NCBI RefSeq assembly: GCF_009914755.1
Contig: NC_060927.1
Direction: 5' to 3' (one strand)
Length of the DNA stretch: 64,000 nucleotides
DNA from: the human T2T-CHM13v2.0 reference genome, Homo sapiens
Shown: positions 28,381 to 42,437 of the stretch, piece after piece
Numbering within the stretch: the stretch's first letter is position 1
Layout: every line of letters starts with the position of its first letter
The notes under the pieces: generated by a model
The model's database searches: none
What the model was told of the DNA's origin: nothing
The model's input: only the letters and a program-made list of their open reading frames with translations
Made by a program: the position numbers and the translations under genes

Positions 28381-28744
28381 TTCTAGGAATAAACACCTAT
28401 ATCATTTGGAACCTATATCATTTAGAATTCATACATTTATTAATTGGGATTACATAGAATTTATTGATTACTGTAAGGAGACATAACACTTTTAACATAT
28501 TAAGTCCTGATGAAAAACAGTGAATATCTTTCCAGTTGCCCAAATGTTTGTTTTTAAATTGAAGTTCTTATAGCCCTATTCTGGTAAAAACCTTTTTAAG
28601 AGGAATATTTAGCTTGGAAAGTAAATACACAGTTATTATGACATTTATCTCCAAATACAATGCCAAGTGAAAGAAGAAACTAGTTTATTCACCATATTCC
28701 AAAGATCAGACCTTGATGGGAGATAAAGGAAACAAAATTCTAGT

Positions 28745-28928
28745 TCAAGGAAGAAGTTACTAAAAGTTAAAGCTATTCAACCTCAGATTGAGCTGTGTAG
28801 TGAAGCAGTGAGCTCTCCGTCACTGGAGATGTTCAAGCAGAGACTGTGCAGAGAAGATTCTTGTATCTATGGAAAATTGAACTAGAAGACATCTAAGGCC
28901 TCTCTTAACTTTAAGGGACTATGATTCA
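28745..28928 (+). mobile_element. MIR3/L3 (CR1-derived) 3' fragment
   Basis: 'gtgagctctccgtcactggagatgttcaagcagagactg..ctagaagacatctaaggcctctcttaac..ctatgattc'. Confidence 0.7.
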
Positions 28929-31900
28929 TATTACCACTACAAGTCTCAACCAATTTGATGTATCTCAAGAAACTGAATCAACCCAAATTTTCCCCAACCA
29001 AAGATACTTGAGAGTTTCTGAAACTGAGTGGTTTCATGGTGAAGTCTAAACTCCATTCATCCAGCTCTGCCCTATGAGTTATATTTTCTTTCACTAAAAT
29101 AATCTTTAAGACTGGATTCTCCTAGAACCTACCTCTTCTGAAATATTTTACTTTACTAAGACACCCTGAAATAGAGGGTGCTAAAATCCAGAACAAGTTG
29201 ATATTTTCCTTAAGAAATCAGATGGCAAAGTTGAACAGCCAACAGGTTTTTTGAGATGTTGCTTGCTTCTGCAAGTTATTGCTTTCAAATAGACTTACTA
29301 AACCAAATACTATGAGGCTCTATTGAAGAAGTTTTGTCCAAAGTTGTTACTACTGACCCGCAAACCTTGACTTTTTTTTTCTCCCTCCAAAACCTTGAAA
29401 CATTCGTAGAGAAAAAAAGAGTGAAAAGAAAGTAATAATGATAGTAGCCTTGCTTGCTATTATCATCATTTGAAAGAAATGAATGATATTGTTTGCCAAA
29501 GGCCCATGGCTGTGGAGCTAAACCACAATTCTAGATAGCTCAGCAAGGCTTACCAGAAAGCAGAGAGTGCACTTCTTTGTTCCAGGGTTTTATGGGAAGA
29601 AATCATTTCACAGCTTGTATGGATTCTGCAAAGGCCTCAAGCTAGAAAGTGTAAGGTGGCCTGCGGGAGGTGTGCAGGGGTCACTGAATGCTACGAGATG
29701 TCTCTTCAAGCTGGTGGATTACACTTACGAGCTCTCACAATGTGACTGCCACTCTGACCTTGCTGCTCAAGTCCAGGGCTCTCATGAGCAAGGAAAGAGA
29801 TTCTGAACCAACCCATGCTCACATGGCACTATGTCATTCATTTGTCAGTCCAAAATTCAAAGAAAAGAGACCACCTAATTCTCAAAAAAAAAAAAAAAAA
29901 AAAAAGTTGTTGCACTTTTGAGTGTATTACGGCCATATCTTATACAACAAAATTTTCTCTTAGGAAGCACGCGGTGATTTTAGTCACTGTCAGCAGCCTA
30001 GAAAATCTGCCAAGCTGGCTTCATGGAATTTCTAGAAGCTCATTCAGAGCTTTGAATGACATTTCCTTATGTGTATACCACAGGCTATGGTTTTTAGGCA
30101 CAGTCAGGATTATAAAAAATCCTCTTCAAAACTCCCTTATACAGAGAGACAGTATGTCTGACATGATGAGAAAGACAGTCACCTGAGACCCAAGGAGCTT
30201 GCCTTTAAGATTTGTTTGATGACTTTTCATTTCAGGAAAAGCAAAGCTAATACAACATTTCCTAAACGGGAACGTCTGTTCCAAAGGCAATCCGGTCTGT
30301 TGGCTCTCCGACTTCAGCACAACACCTCCCAGCATTCGGGGAGCTTGTCTCCTTTCCCTTTACTTTTGTGTTTTCACCACCCAACTTTACTTTCTTGGCT
30401 TACAAAATGGGGATAACATTACCCTCCTCTACACCTAACAAGGGTAATGAAAGGAGCTAATAAAACATTTTGTATTAAAAGACTTTAAAGAATTTTAAAT
30501 CACCATTTAAATATTGGATTATATTATTACCTAGGACCTGAATTTAACTGTAGAACATTTTGCTTTTGTTGTTGTTTTGTTTTTTACTTGCATTACTTGT
30601 AAATGATGGGAAGAGAAGAGATATGAAGAATAAATTTGTCTCTAGCCATCCTTAAAATATGATTTTTCTGTAGAAAGGAAGACACTATGTGTGACACACA
30701 ATGAAACTTTCTTCAGTATGGCTTTTAGAAACTACCCTCACTACTTTGTAGGCATATTCAGATATAATAAATATATACATAAAGTTAGTAATGCTCTTAG
30801 AACTTTATTATAAAGACTATGAAATGCATGGGTTGGAAATTATCTTTTGCAAAATTAGAGATTATAGAGGAAGCCTCAATAGATAATCATCTGATTAGCT
30901 GACTTACTGCTTTTAACCAGTTTCACTTGGTGTTTAGAGTATTTTTTCCATCATGATTTTAAATGCAAGTTATAGTCACAAGAATTTTTTTTTAAATTCA
31001 GCCCCAAGAGGAATTTTAGAAATAATCAAGTCTATCTTTTTGTTTTATGGAAGTAAACACCAAGATTCAGAGATGTTAAGTGATTAGACTAAAGACACAC
31101 AGCTAATGCATGTGGAAGAGAGATTAAGACTCACCTCTTCTGGCTTGCAGCCCATTGCTTGTTCCACCCCATGCTACCTTAGCCCAAGGTAAGAAATATT
31201 TAATTGAGGGCTAATGACAAAAGACAATGAAGACATATTGTATTTCTTCTTTGGATTTCTTCATATATCACTGCAGCACTTAGGAACTCAGATAATTATA
31301 CTGTGAGGAGACAAGTGACAGGAGAGCAAAACACCTCCTCTAATTCTTAGCCCTCTGTCAAACGCAAAGGATGTGGCAAATTGCTACCTGTAGGCTCCCG
31401 GAGGCAGGCGGGAGAGCAGCATTACTCATACAAAGAAGCAGTCCTGGCATCTCCCTTTGTAAGATGTAAACCTAAGATTTGGGGACATTTCAGGAATGGG
31501 AGTTTGGACAGGGAAAGCCCTTAGCCTCACATCTTGGACTCAAAATATTCTTTCCCCGGTTCTTATCAAATTAACTTGAGCCTCAAACAACCACCTCAGC
31601 TGGGGAGAAAAGCCGGATGGGGAACGGTGAGGTTGATCCTCAGTTACTTAAACTCTTCAGGTTTTCTATTATCTAATTCAGTCTCCCTCTCCATAATGAA
31701 GATCAAATTATATCCAGGATTCTGGTTTGCTGAAAAGAGTGGGAGATCATAGGAACATATCATTTTACAGAGGACAATACCAGCAATTTCTGAATGAATC
31801 TGGCAGCTAAGCCCGGCAATTATTTGGACCAGCACTCAGTGGTTCTTTGGGGATAAACTGAGCTAGAAGGGCTTTAGAAAGGGCAAAGCTACAGTGGCAT

Positions 31901-34900
31901 CCAGTCTTCAGGTAGGAGAGATCGTTGACTCTTGCTACTCACTTCAGCACACTCTCTTGTCACAATATTTTCCTAAAATTCCAATGTATTATCATGGAAA
32001 TGCAAAAAATACCCCACTATATTCACAAAAATGTTAATTTCCTACTTAAAGCCATTAGGAAGAAAGCCTCTTCCCCAAAACAAGACAACATTGGAATATT
32101 TTGCACACCAAAATGTTTGAAAGTTTTTTATAAAGTGGGAAATGTGGGTTTTTTTAAATTATAAAGAAATTTGAATTAGTTATTTGTGAAATAACTAATT
32201 CAAACCAGTTGCCCAGAGAAACTGAGTTCACTGTTCTTTCCCCAGCAGTATTTCAGTAGAGTAAGTGTCTGTGTTGCCTTGTGCAGAGCAGAAGTGTGGC
32301 CAATGGATAGAAAAAAAAGCTGGATTCTGGTTGCACGTTAGGAAGAATTTCCTAATGTTTCACGCTGTCAAAAAAATGGTAGTGGGTTTCATCGAAAGTC
32401 CCCATGGCTGAAGGTGTTTATAGAGAAGGGAAGGAAGCTGAGACGTGAGCTATATGGCCTCTCAATGCCATTGTAGAATTTTCTAAAACCCTCTGCTTTA
32501 TCACTAAGAAACATTTCTCCATGTCCATGGCTTTTGTAATTTAAAACTCATGGATTCTTAGAATGCATATTCAACATCTCTCCAAACACAATAAGAGAAA
32601 AATGAATCCAAAAACAATGGCTTTAGAAAAGGAGTTTTTTATTTTTAAAAAGTCTTGTCCATGCTTCCATTCTTTCAAGGGCATCTTCTAAAATGATTCA
32701 AAATTGTGAATAACTTCTGAGCATTCAGTCCCACTGTCATTGGTTGGTCATGGCCTTGAGGTGGGGGTGCCACCCTTTGCCCGAAAGCCAGCATAGTCAC
32801 ATTTTCCTGCAATGGAAATAGTTGATGTAGGCAACCAACCTTTTTGCCATGTTTCCACAAAGCAGTGTAAATGTTAGTAGGTCACAATGGAACAGACAAA
32901 GAGAATTTGACAAGTAATCTGTTTATTCTTTAGATTATAAAACTGCTTTCAGGGCCGCATTAAAGTAATTCACACTTGGCCAAGAGAAAGAAATCATCAC
33001 TTGGTACACATAGAATACAGGCTTTCAGACAACCAGGGGAAGGATGGCGAGTTGCCCCTCTGCCACACAGGCAGTGAAAGAAAGTAGAAGTACTGTTTCA
33101 AAGGTCAGTGTCACCAATACAAAGCACAAAATTGGTGCAGGGGAAAAAAGTAAAAATAGGCCAAAGATGGGGAAAGTGGCCTTCAACATTTTTAAGCAAC
33201 ATGATATATAAATGGCAGAAAAACCAAAGAGTAGGAAACTTTCTGATTATTGCAGTACCATAGGTCATTGTAAAGATATCATATATTAGATTGCATACAC
33301 TCAAAAACTTAAAAAATATCTAAAATGCGCTTTTGTCTTTGAACTGTCTTTGTCTGTCTCTCTCTCTTTTTCATACTTCTTCCCACATGCTGTTGGAAGA
33401 CTTGTCCTCTTTCGATTTGCCTGCATGAATTCCATCTTATTCTTTACATCGCAGCTCAAATATCACTTCTTCTACAGAGGGGCTTTCTTTGGCCCCCATT
33501 TTATTCTTCCCCTGGGTATCTATCTCTTTTCTTCATAAAATGTACACACTTTAAAATCATATTTGCATTCATACGTTTTCTTCGTGTCTCACTCCAATAA
33601 GCTCCTCAGGACCAGAGACCTTGTCCTTTGTGTTTTCCTCTTAGTACTCAGTGTTGGGCATGATGCCTGAAGAAATGTTTTTCCATAAATAAATTAATGT
33701 CAGAATAGGATCAGAATGGTGATAAACAAGGAGGGTCCTCAGCATCAGGTGTCTGTGGTGGGTGGTGGGTGGGGCCCACCACTGCCTTCTATGCCCAAAC
33801 AGATAGGTGCTATGCTACCTGATGCTCTAGATTAAGAGTGCAGGGTTAAAACAGCAAAGTTTTCTGTTGGTAAATCACTTACAAGGATCCAAACAGTCCA
33901 GTCTTCTTCAGTTCTCTACTACTCAGGTTGACCCACATAACTGAGATTGCTTTACCGCAGTCTATTACCCTGACCAAACATTAATGTTGAGAATGGCTAA
34001 AAGACTCTATAGCTGTTTATATCTACCCAACATAACAAGTTGTTTTGCTTTCTGAGAAATCTTTTATTTATTAAAGTATCACAGAAACAGACAAATAAAT
34101 AAAATTTCTGAACATAGAGTTGCATCTTGCTTTTTTTTTTAAGGAAGCAGCTTGAGGGACCTCCTAACCAGACAAAAACTGGCCCTGGATGTCTCTTCTT
34201 CCCAGTACTAATCACAATTGAAAATTTACATTTATGGTTGTGATTATTATTTAATATCTATCACACTCAAAAAGACTATAAGATGCCTAAAGGTGGGGGT
34301 GTTGTCTGTTTTTGCTACTATAGTATCCCTGGCACCAAACCCATAAGATATTCAACGAACTGATGAATGAATGAATGAGACTTACATGCTTCCTAGGCTT
34401 GACTTTCTCATCAGCTCTCTGGGTACGTTTGAATAAGTCACTTTATCTTGCCAGTGTTCATTCTCACATTTGAGAAAACGGTGATATCACTCTGACCCCT
34501 TCTTAGTATAGTTTCAAGGATCAAATGATGCAAAAATGACCTGAATGTTCTGAAAAGGATAAAATTCTATTAAAATGTGAACTACTATGCAAGGAATTAC
34601 TCTTGCTATCAGGGCAGTAGCTATAGGCGGTGGAGCAGAAAGCAGATCTGAGATCAAGTATGACCTGCAAGCAAGTTAGAGCCGGGACAGGAAAAGGATT
34701 GGACCTAAGTGCTAACTTCAGGAATTCTGGATTATTAGAATCACCTATTAGAAGTTCTATCTGTGGAGGAACTTCCTATGTCAACTAGAGAAAAAAGGAA
34801 AGGAAATGTGGACCCCCAGAGTTGACACTCCTGGGAAGAGAAAGACCACCTTGGCCTTCACAGGGAGGATGCAAGGGAGACAAAACAAGTGCAGAGAGCT

Positions 34901-35084
34901 CAGTCCTGATTTTACAGTTCAGGGTCGGCATGAGATTGTGGTAGATGGTGTTCTGGACCTTATCTAGCTTGACATTAGAAACACCAAAATTTCCTAAATC
35001 AAGAGAATAACAAAACTCAAAGAGCAAGGTTACATTTGGAGAAAGGGGTGTCTTATAGCTGTAACAATTCAAGAATAATACTAA

Positions 35085-35290
35085 TAATTAGTACTATTTA
35101 GTGCCTAAAATATCTTAGTAACTTTACATATGTTCATCCCTAACATCAACTCTGTAAAGTAGGCATCTCTAGACCTATTTCACAGATGAGGCCCAGTGAG
35201 GTCAAGTGACTTGCACAGGATCACACAGCTACATGGCAGAGCTAGGTATCAAATATAAGACTGCCTGACTTCAAATATCATGCTCTTTCC
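35085..35290 (-). mobile_element. MIR
   Basis: 'atttcacagatgaggcccagtgaggtcaagtgacttgcacaggatcacacagct'. Confidence 0.75.
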
Positions 35291-35321
35291 CCTCTGGATC
35301 TCCAGCTGGAGACCAAACCAT

Positions 35322-35480
35322 CAGGACTAGCTACATAGTGTGCAAGGCCCAGTGTAAATTGACAATGCAGTATCCCTTGCATTAATTAAGAATTTTAAGA
35401 TGCCAACTGCAGAGCAATAAGCCAAGCATGAGGCCCTTCTGGGTGTGGGGCCCCGTTCTGTACAGGTCATATTTAAAGTT
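35322..35480 (-). mobile_element. MER45A-like hAT MITE
   Basis: 'caggactagctacatagtgtgcaaggcccagtgtaaa..attaagaattttaagatg..gcagagcaataagccaagc..gcccttctg' fits recalled reverse MER45A consensus. Confidence 0.75.
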
Positions 35481-36596
35481 GGCTTAAAAGGATAGAACAA
35501 CTAAGACCCTACTTCACGCCAGTTCTCAGGACTCCTATGGTTGAAGCTTTGGCCGGAGAAATAGTGACGATGGTGGTAAGGCAGGGCAAAGGCTAGTGGC
35601 ATGGGTAGAAGCAGGGGAAGGTCATAGAAGTGAAGTAGATCATCACTGCTGTACCTTCCAGGGATAGAGCCACCTGAGACTGGCATCAATGAGAGGGGTC
35701 CGTGAGCCCGACATCCTGGGAGCAGCCCCCACTGAAGCTGAGTCTTGCACCATGGCCATCACCATCCACATTCTTGGTTATCCCCAAGACAGGTGCCCTG
35801 GGGCAACAAGGTAGCCAACTATAACATAAACATGCAAACATTTTAACAAGAATGAAGAGACAAAATTCCCATGAGAAATGAAATAAGAAACATTCGCTTG
35901 TAAAAAGCTCAAGTTACATAGAGGCAGAACCAACAGAACAGGGCTTTCCTGGTCTGGTTTCAATCACTATCATAGCTAAGAGGGCAGAACAATCCAAAGG
36001 GAAAAAGTCCTCTCAAGAATAAATGAAATTAATCTGGTAGAAAGCTTGTAATGACTGACCAAAATTTGTGGGCCCTGAAGATGCAATTTTTGTGAAGGAC
36101 TTTTACCAACATTTATGTCTTTTCATACTACCATAAAAGTCATACATGCTAGTCCAGAAACTTGTAAAACAGAGATTCACAGTGAACAAGCATCAATCAT
36201 AATTCTATCACTCAGTGATAACCATTGCTGATTTGACCCTTTGGTATAGGAGCTTTCAAACATATACTATATACAAACATACCTATACAAATAATTATTT
36301 TCAGGCATGGTTTGAGCCTTAGCAAAAATACCATGATTTTTCCCCATTGTCAAATATTATTCTTTGTGATTTTTAAACAGCCGCATAGTAGCTCATCAAA
36401 TAAATCCTCTTCGACATGTTTCTGGGGTTTTCTTTCTTTGGTATTTATAAATTATGCTAATATAAACATCTTTTGTACATGCATACATACCCTTCCACTA
36501 ATATATTATTTATCCTTGGTGTTTCTAAGAAAATATTTTCGTCTGGTGTTACGTTTTCTGTTTCTACTCTTAGGAAAAGCCACGGAAAGAAAGTGA

Positions 36597-36711
36597 TTTT
36601 TTTGTTTTGTTTTGTTTTAATTTAATTTAAAGTTCTGGGATACATGTGCAGGATGTGCAGGTTTATTACCGAGGTGAAAAATGTGCCATGGTGGTTTGCT
36701 GCACCTACAAC
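36597..36711 (-). mobile_element. Severely 5'-truncated L1PA (about L1PA8 or older) 3' stub
   Basis: T-rich tail then 'aagttctgggatacatgtgcaggatgtgcagg..gtgccatggtggtttgctgcacc'; flanking AAAGTG repeats may be a TSD. Confidence 0.85.
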
Positions 36712-37336
36712 AAAGTGTTAATGATAGTGCAATAGCACCCGGGCAGATCACCTTCTTCATGTTTCCAACACTCCCTTAGCACTTCACCTGCACATCTTTG
36801 ATGGGAGTTCCCACCCTCTCCTTCCTTCTTATTTTTTCTGTAACTGGATATTCCTTGAAGGAGAGGGCACAAGACACTCATCTCTGTACCCCCCCAGTGC
36901 CTCGTCCACATTGGGTGCTCCATAAATGTCTATGTCATAGCTGAGCAAGTTCCTCAAATCCTGTAGCCTAGTCCTAATTCCCATCCCTGCCACCTTTCTT
37001 CCATAATTGATGTGACATTTCCTTCACAGTTGAGGGATTGAAGTTTGGAGATGTGTCCTGAGGGGGTCAATTAGTTCCTTTGATGCATCTACCACCAGGT
37101 GAGCAGAGGTGGTTCTTTAAGAAATTTAGCAGGAAAAGTGGTTTAGGATTTCCCGGGTAGGTCTAGAAGAATTAAGATGCTGAAGTTTATAGTTTACACT
37201 CTTGAGAAATGACTTCATGTTTTACACTCAAAATTAATTACACTTTTTATATTCTGCAAAGCACTGTTAACCAAAAAGCATTGATAGACTTCTATAGACC
37301 ATTCAATGTCATATAAAAGGAAAAAAAAAAAATCTT

Positions 37337-37524
37337 TTTTTAATCAATTAATTAATTAATTTATTTATTTATTATTATTATACTTTAAGTTTTAAGGTAC
37401 ATGTGCACAATGTGCAGGTTAGTTACATATGTATACATGTGCCATGTTGATGCGCTGCACCCACCAACTCGTCATCTAGCATTAGGTATATCTCCTAATG
37501 CTATCCCTCCCCGCCCCCCGACCT
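37337..37524 (-). mobile_element. 5'-truncated young L1PA (about PA2-PA4) 3' stub
   Basis: 'tatactttaagtttta..ggttagttacatatgtatacatg..ctcgtcatctagcattagg'; TSD GGAAAAAAAA..ATCTT at about 37319-37336 and 37525-37540. Confidence 0.92.
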
Positions 37525-38534
37525 GGAAAAAAAACATCTTAAGCACAAATGATGTACTGCCTCTCCTTAAATGTGATGAAACTCCATTTATAAACATTTG
37601 TTTGGCTTATTCTGCTCTCATAAGGGTGCCTTGGGCTTTTCCCTACTTCAGCCTTGAAATATTCTGAGTTGCCTGAGGCTGTTAAAAGTGTTAAATCACA
37701 TCCTATCTCTTAGGAATAATAATAATTTTAAAAAATCAACTCTCATGAATACTCTGTACTGATTAACAAAATTGCCTTCCCCTGTACTGGTCTCCTACTA
37801 TGCTATATGCTTCCCTCTGTGTGCAAGGCTTATGGCAGAAGCTGGAGTGCAATCGTGAATGAAGCAAGGCCCCTCCTTCTTTCAGGAAATTTTCAAAGTA
37901 ATGGGAAAGACAGGTCAGTAGGCCAACACCTGGTGGGACAGCCTCTGTCCTAGATGGTCTTAATAAACCCACTTTAGTTCTTTCTGGGTAACTGAGAGGG
38001 CTTACTCAGCCTTTTGTAAACTAATGTTTTAAAGCCAGACAAGTTTGCATCATTCACTGAAAATAAAAAGCGAATACCACTCAGTACAATAAAAACGATT
38101 AGGTCAACAAATTAGATTTCCGCACATACATGCTTCTACATTTAATACATTTTTAGGAGAATGTAGAGTGAGCTACAACTCCTACCTGCAGAAAATCCAA
38201 CCCTGCAGGCTCCCAGCCCTTCCTTCCCAACAAGGAAAATGATGATCCAGAATGAGGGCCAGACCCTCTGAAGGAATCCCAAGGGGTAGAAAGTCAAATG
38301 ATTCATTCCTGGGTCCCTGGTCACTTTTCTCTCCTTAACCCTAAACATCCCTAAACCTCCACACTGAAGAGGCATCAAAGCATAAAAAAAAAGAGTTGGG
38401 GAAAATCTGGCTTTGAATTTTGGCTGATGTATGTATTAGTCTCAGGTTTCAGGTAAGTTGCTTCACCTCTGAGCATGGGGAAGTGCTTGACACAGCAAAC
38501 ACTCAGCATGCAGTAATATTAATAATGTGATTGC

Positions 38535-38750
38535 AGTAGTGAGTGCTTAAGAGCGGGCAGTCTGTGGTTCCTGACCAGACTGCTGGGGGTCAAATCTCTT
38601 TCAGCATTTTATGTTCTGTGACCTTGGGCAGGTCATTTCAGCTCTCTGGGCTTCAATTCCATCAGCTGTAAGATGGAAATAAAAATAGGATCTTCCTCAT
38701 ACGTTGTGAAGATTAAACATATTCATATATGTGAAATGCTAAGAATATTG
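38535..38750 (+). mobile_element. MIR
   Basis: 'ctgtgaccttgggcaggtcatttcagctctctgggcttcaattccatcagctgtaagatggaaataa'. Confidence 0.75.
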
Positions 38751-39379
38751 TGAATTCTTATTACAATGATTAGATAGTTGCTGCTGGTAGAAGTCATGAT
38801 AGCGCTGGTGGGGAGTGATAGTTATAACAGTCTGTGCCCAACCACAGACCCAGATCCTTTCTGTTTATATTTAATTAACCTCTGGCTAATTCTATTAGAA
38901 TTTGAAGAACCTAAATTACTTGCATCTTCCCTAACTTAGTAATGACACTAACATCTGTCGAGCATTTTCCATGTGTCAGACGTAATTCTAAGAACATTGG
39001 AAGCATTGGCTCACTTAATTCTCACAATAATGTCAGGAGGTAGGTACTCTGATTAGCTCCATTTTACAGAGAGGGCAAATGAGTTAGTAAATGGCTTGTC
39101 CAAGAGTACATGGCTAACTGCTTCAGTTAGCTCACATAGTCACTCTTAATTGATAAGATATAAACCCAACCATTCTCATTGCTGAATCTTACTAGGGCTT
39201 GATTTCTTCCTGCAAATAGCCAATAGCTATTGAATATTATTTGAGCTTCCAAATGCCTGCTGTCCTATGTAATCGCAAGGTGCTATTCTAAAAAGCACTT
39301 ACAAAATGACCAGAGTTTTTACCACTGAAGATCATGGTATTTTGAGAATTTGGCTGAGCATTTCTCTCTGGCCCCTGTG

Positions 39380-39670
39380 TTGGGATAAGAGGGAGTGCTC
39401 CTGTTTGCATTAGCCAAAGGATTGTGAACTATTATCTTACCTTGTTATCTGAGCCGCTGGTGCACAAGGAAGTTTCCTTTGCTAATGGTTGAACTGCTCT
39501 TCAGATAAAGGCCTCCCCTAGATCTCTGCAGCACTAATTAATCAGCTGTTAAAACAGTAGTTGATAAAGACAGGCTTACTTAAAGTTCGAATTGCCTCAA
39601 TCAGAGATAACGGGCGAGTCCCTTTTGGCAGTGAGATATGAAAACAGGAGAATGATCTGTTATCAGAGTG
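39380..39670. promoter_or_regulatory. Candidate enhancer: homotypic GATA cluster with ETS and E-box motifs
   Basis: WGATAA on either strand at 39432, 39445, 39503, 39562, 39605, 39660 plus GATAAG at 39384; AGGAAGT near 39468; CAGCTG at 39543. Confidence 0.5.
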
Positions 39671-40117
39671 AACATGGCACTCAAATGAAAAATGTGGTTC
39701 AAAAAATCAAGTAATGTTCAAACTGGAAAAAAAAATAAACAAATAATTGTTTCTTTTAACCTGTGTCGGGAGAGTGAAAATGTTGCAAAACACACGCACA
39801 CAAGTAAATATTAAAACATGATCCACACTAACGCTTCAGTGTGAGTCGGGTGAGCAGAGCTGGAGCAGGTTTCATCAATGTGGTCACACAAGAATGTGTG
39901 ACATGTGACCACCATTTCCCTTTGACGGCTCCTTATTTGCCTATACTTATTATCTTTAAAAATCAAATTTTTCTTAGAAGCAAAGGACATGCTTTTAAAA
40001 AAAATAGTTTCTAAAGAAATCACCTGACAAAACAGGTGGATGAATGAAAAAACTTCTCTGAGAAAAAGCCTAGCTGAAAGGGGGAAAAAAGGCATGTAAG
40101 TTGGTAGAGGTTAGTAA

Positions 40118-40703
<586 letters not shown>

Positions 40704-41859
40704 GAATTTACTTGGTTTCATAAACTTAGGATGGTGAAGTGGAAAGATTAGTGGATTTGGAATCTGGCAACCTAATTAGAGAATAATAGTTATTATAAAA
40801 ACTAATAATCAATATAAACTTGAGTAAATAATCTCTCATCCTCAGTTTCCTCATATATAAAATGGGTGAGTAGAGTGGTCACCAAACTATATTACTTTCA
40901 ATATATCTTGCAAGACTAACATCTTATAATTCTAGATTTTACCATGTATTACTTGCATTCAAATACTATAAATTTTATTAACAATTTTAAGCTACATACC
41001 CAGGAGCATCCCAAAAGTTTCAAAATGCTTGGGTTTCAAGAAGCAGTATGAGCTAAAAAACACAACTATGAATGTGCAAGGCTTTCCTAAAACTCTCTTA
41101 GAAATTTTGATCTTTAAAATGCAATGGTAATTCATAATAGCTAAGAACCTTTTGACAAAATTCCACTTACTTACATATTTACAGAAGGCTGGCACAATGG
41201 GAATCAGATGTCACTGATTTTCCATGTCAGTGATCCCATTTTGCATGCTTGAAATTGCCTTCTGGATGCTTTTTTCCCACACCACTTGATATGTGTGTAA
41301 CATGATCACCACTGTACCCAAGAGCTTTACCGAATAAGACAGAACTCAGTCATTATTATCACTGTAGAATGTGGTAGTTCAGGAAGTGCACGTGTGAACA
41401 GCCGATGAGGCGGGTATGAGTTGGGTGGTGAGCAAGCCGGGGCCTGAGAATCAGAGCACCCCCAATGTCCTCTACAGCCATGGGCATGCCATCACACAAG
41501 CCCTCTGTGAGTCATAGTCCTCTCACATGAACCATAGATAATAATAACCTAGCCACAGTCACCACATGCTGCTGGCTGTCATTCAGAGGTGCTTCACCTG
41601 ATCTACAAAGCCAGAGAAACTAGTGCATAAATTCAGGAAACTATTATTATTCTACTATCTAAACTATTATGATGTCTTTGCAACCTGAGAAAGAACCAAC
41701 CATGGCAAGTAATAATGAGAAAGGAAAAGAAATATCCCTTAACTAGTTACCAAGAAAGTAGCATTTGAGAAAAAGTAAGTGCTCATGATTATTTCTCCAA
41801 GATTGACTATAGAGAACCTGCAAAGTAGGATACTATGCATAAAAATAGTTAAAACATAA

Positions 41860-42437
<578 letters not shown>

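Noticed and set aside
41197-41242. Small alternative hairpins (tcactga/tcagtga, aatggga/tcccatt)
   Set aside because: Stems of 7 bp are expected by chance in 64 kb.
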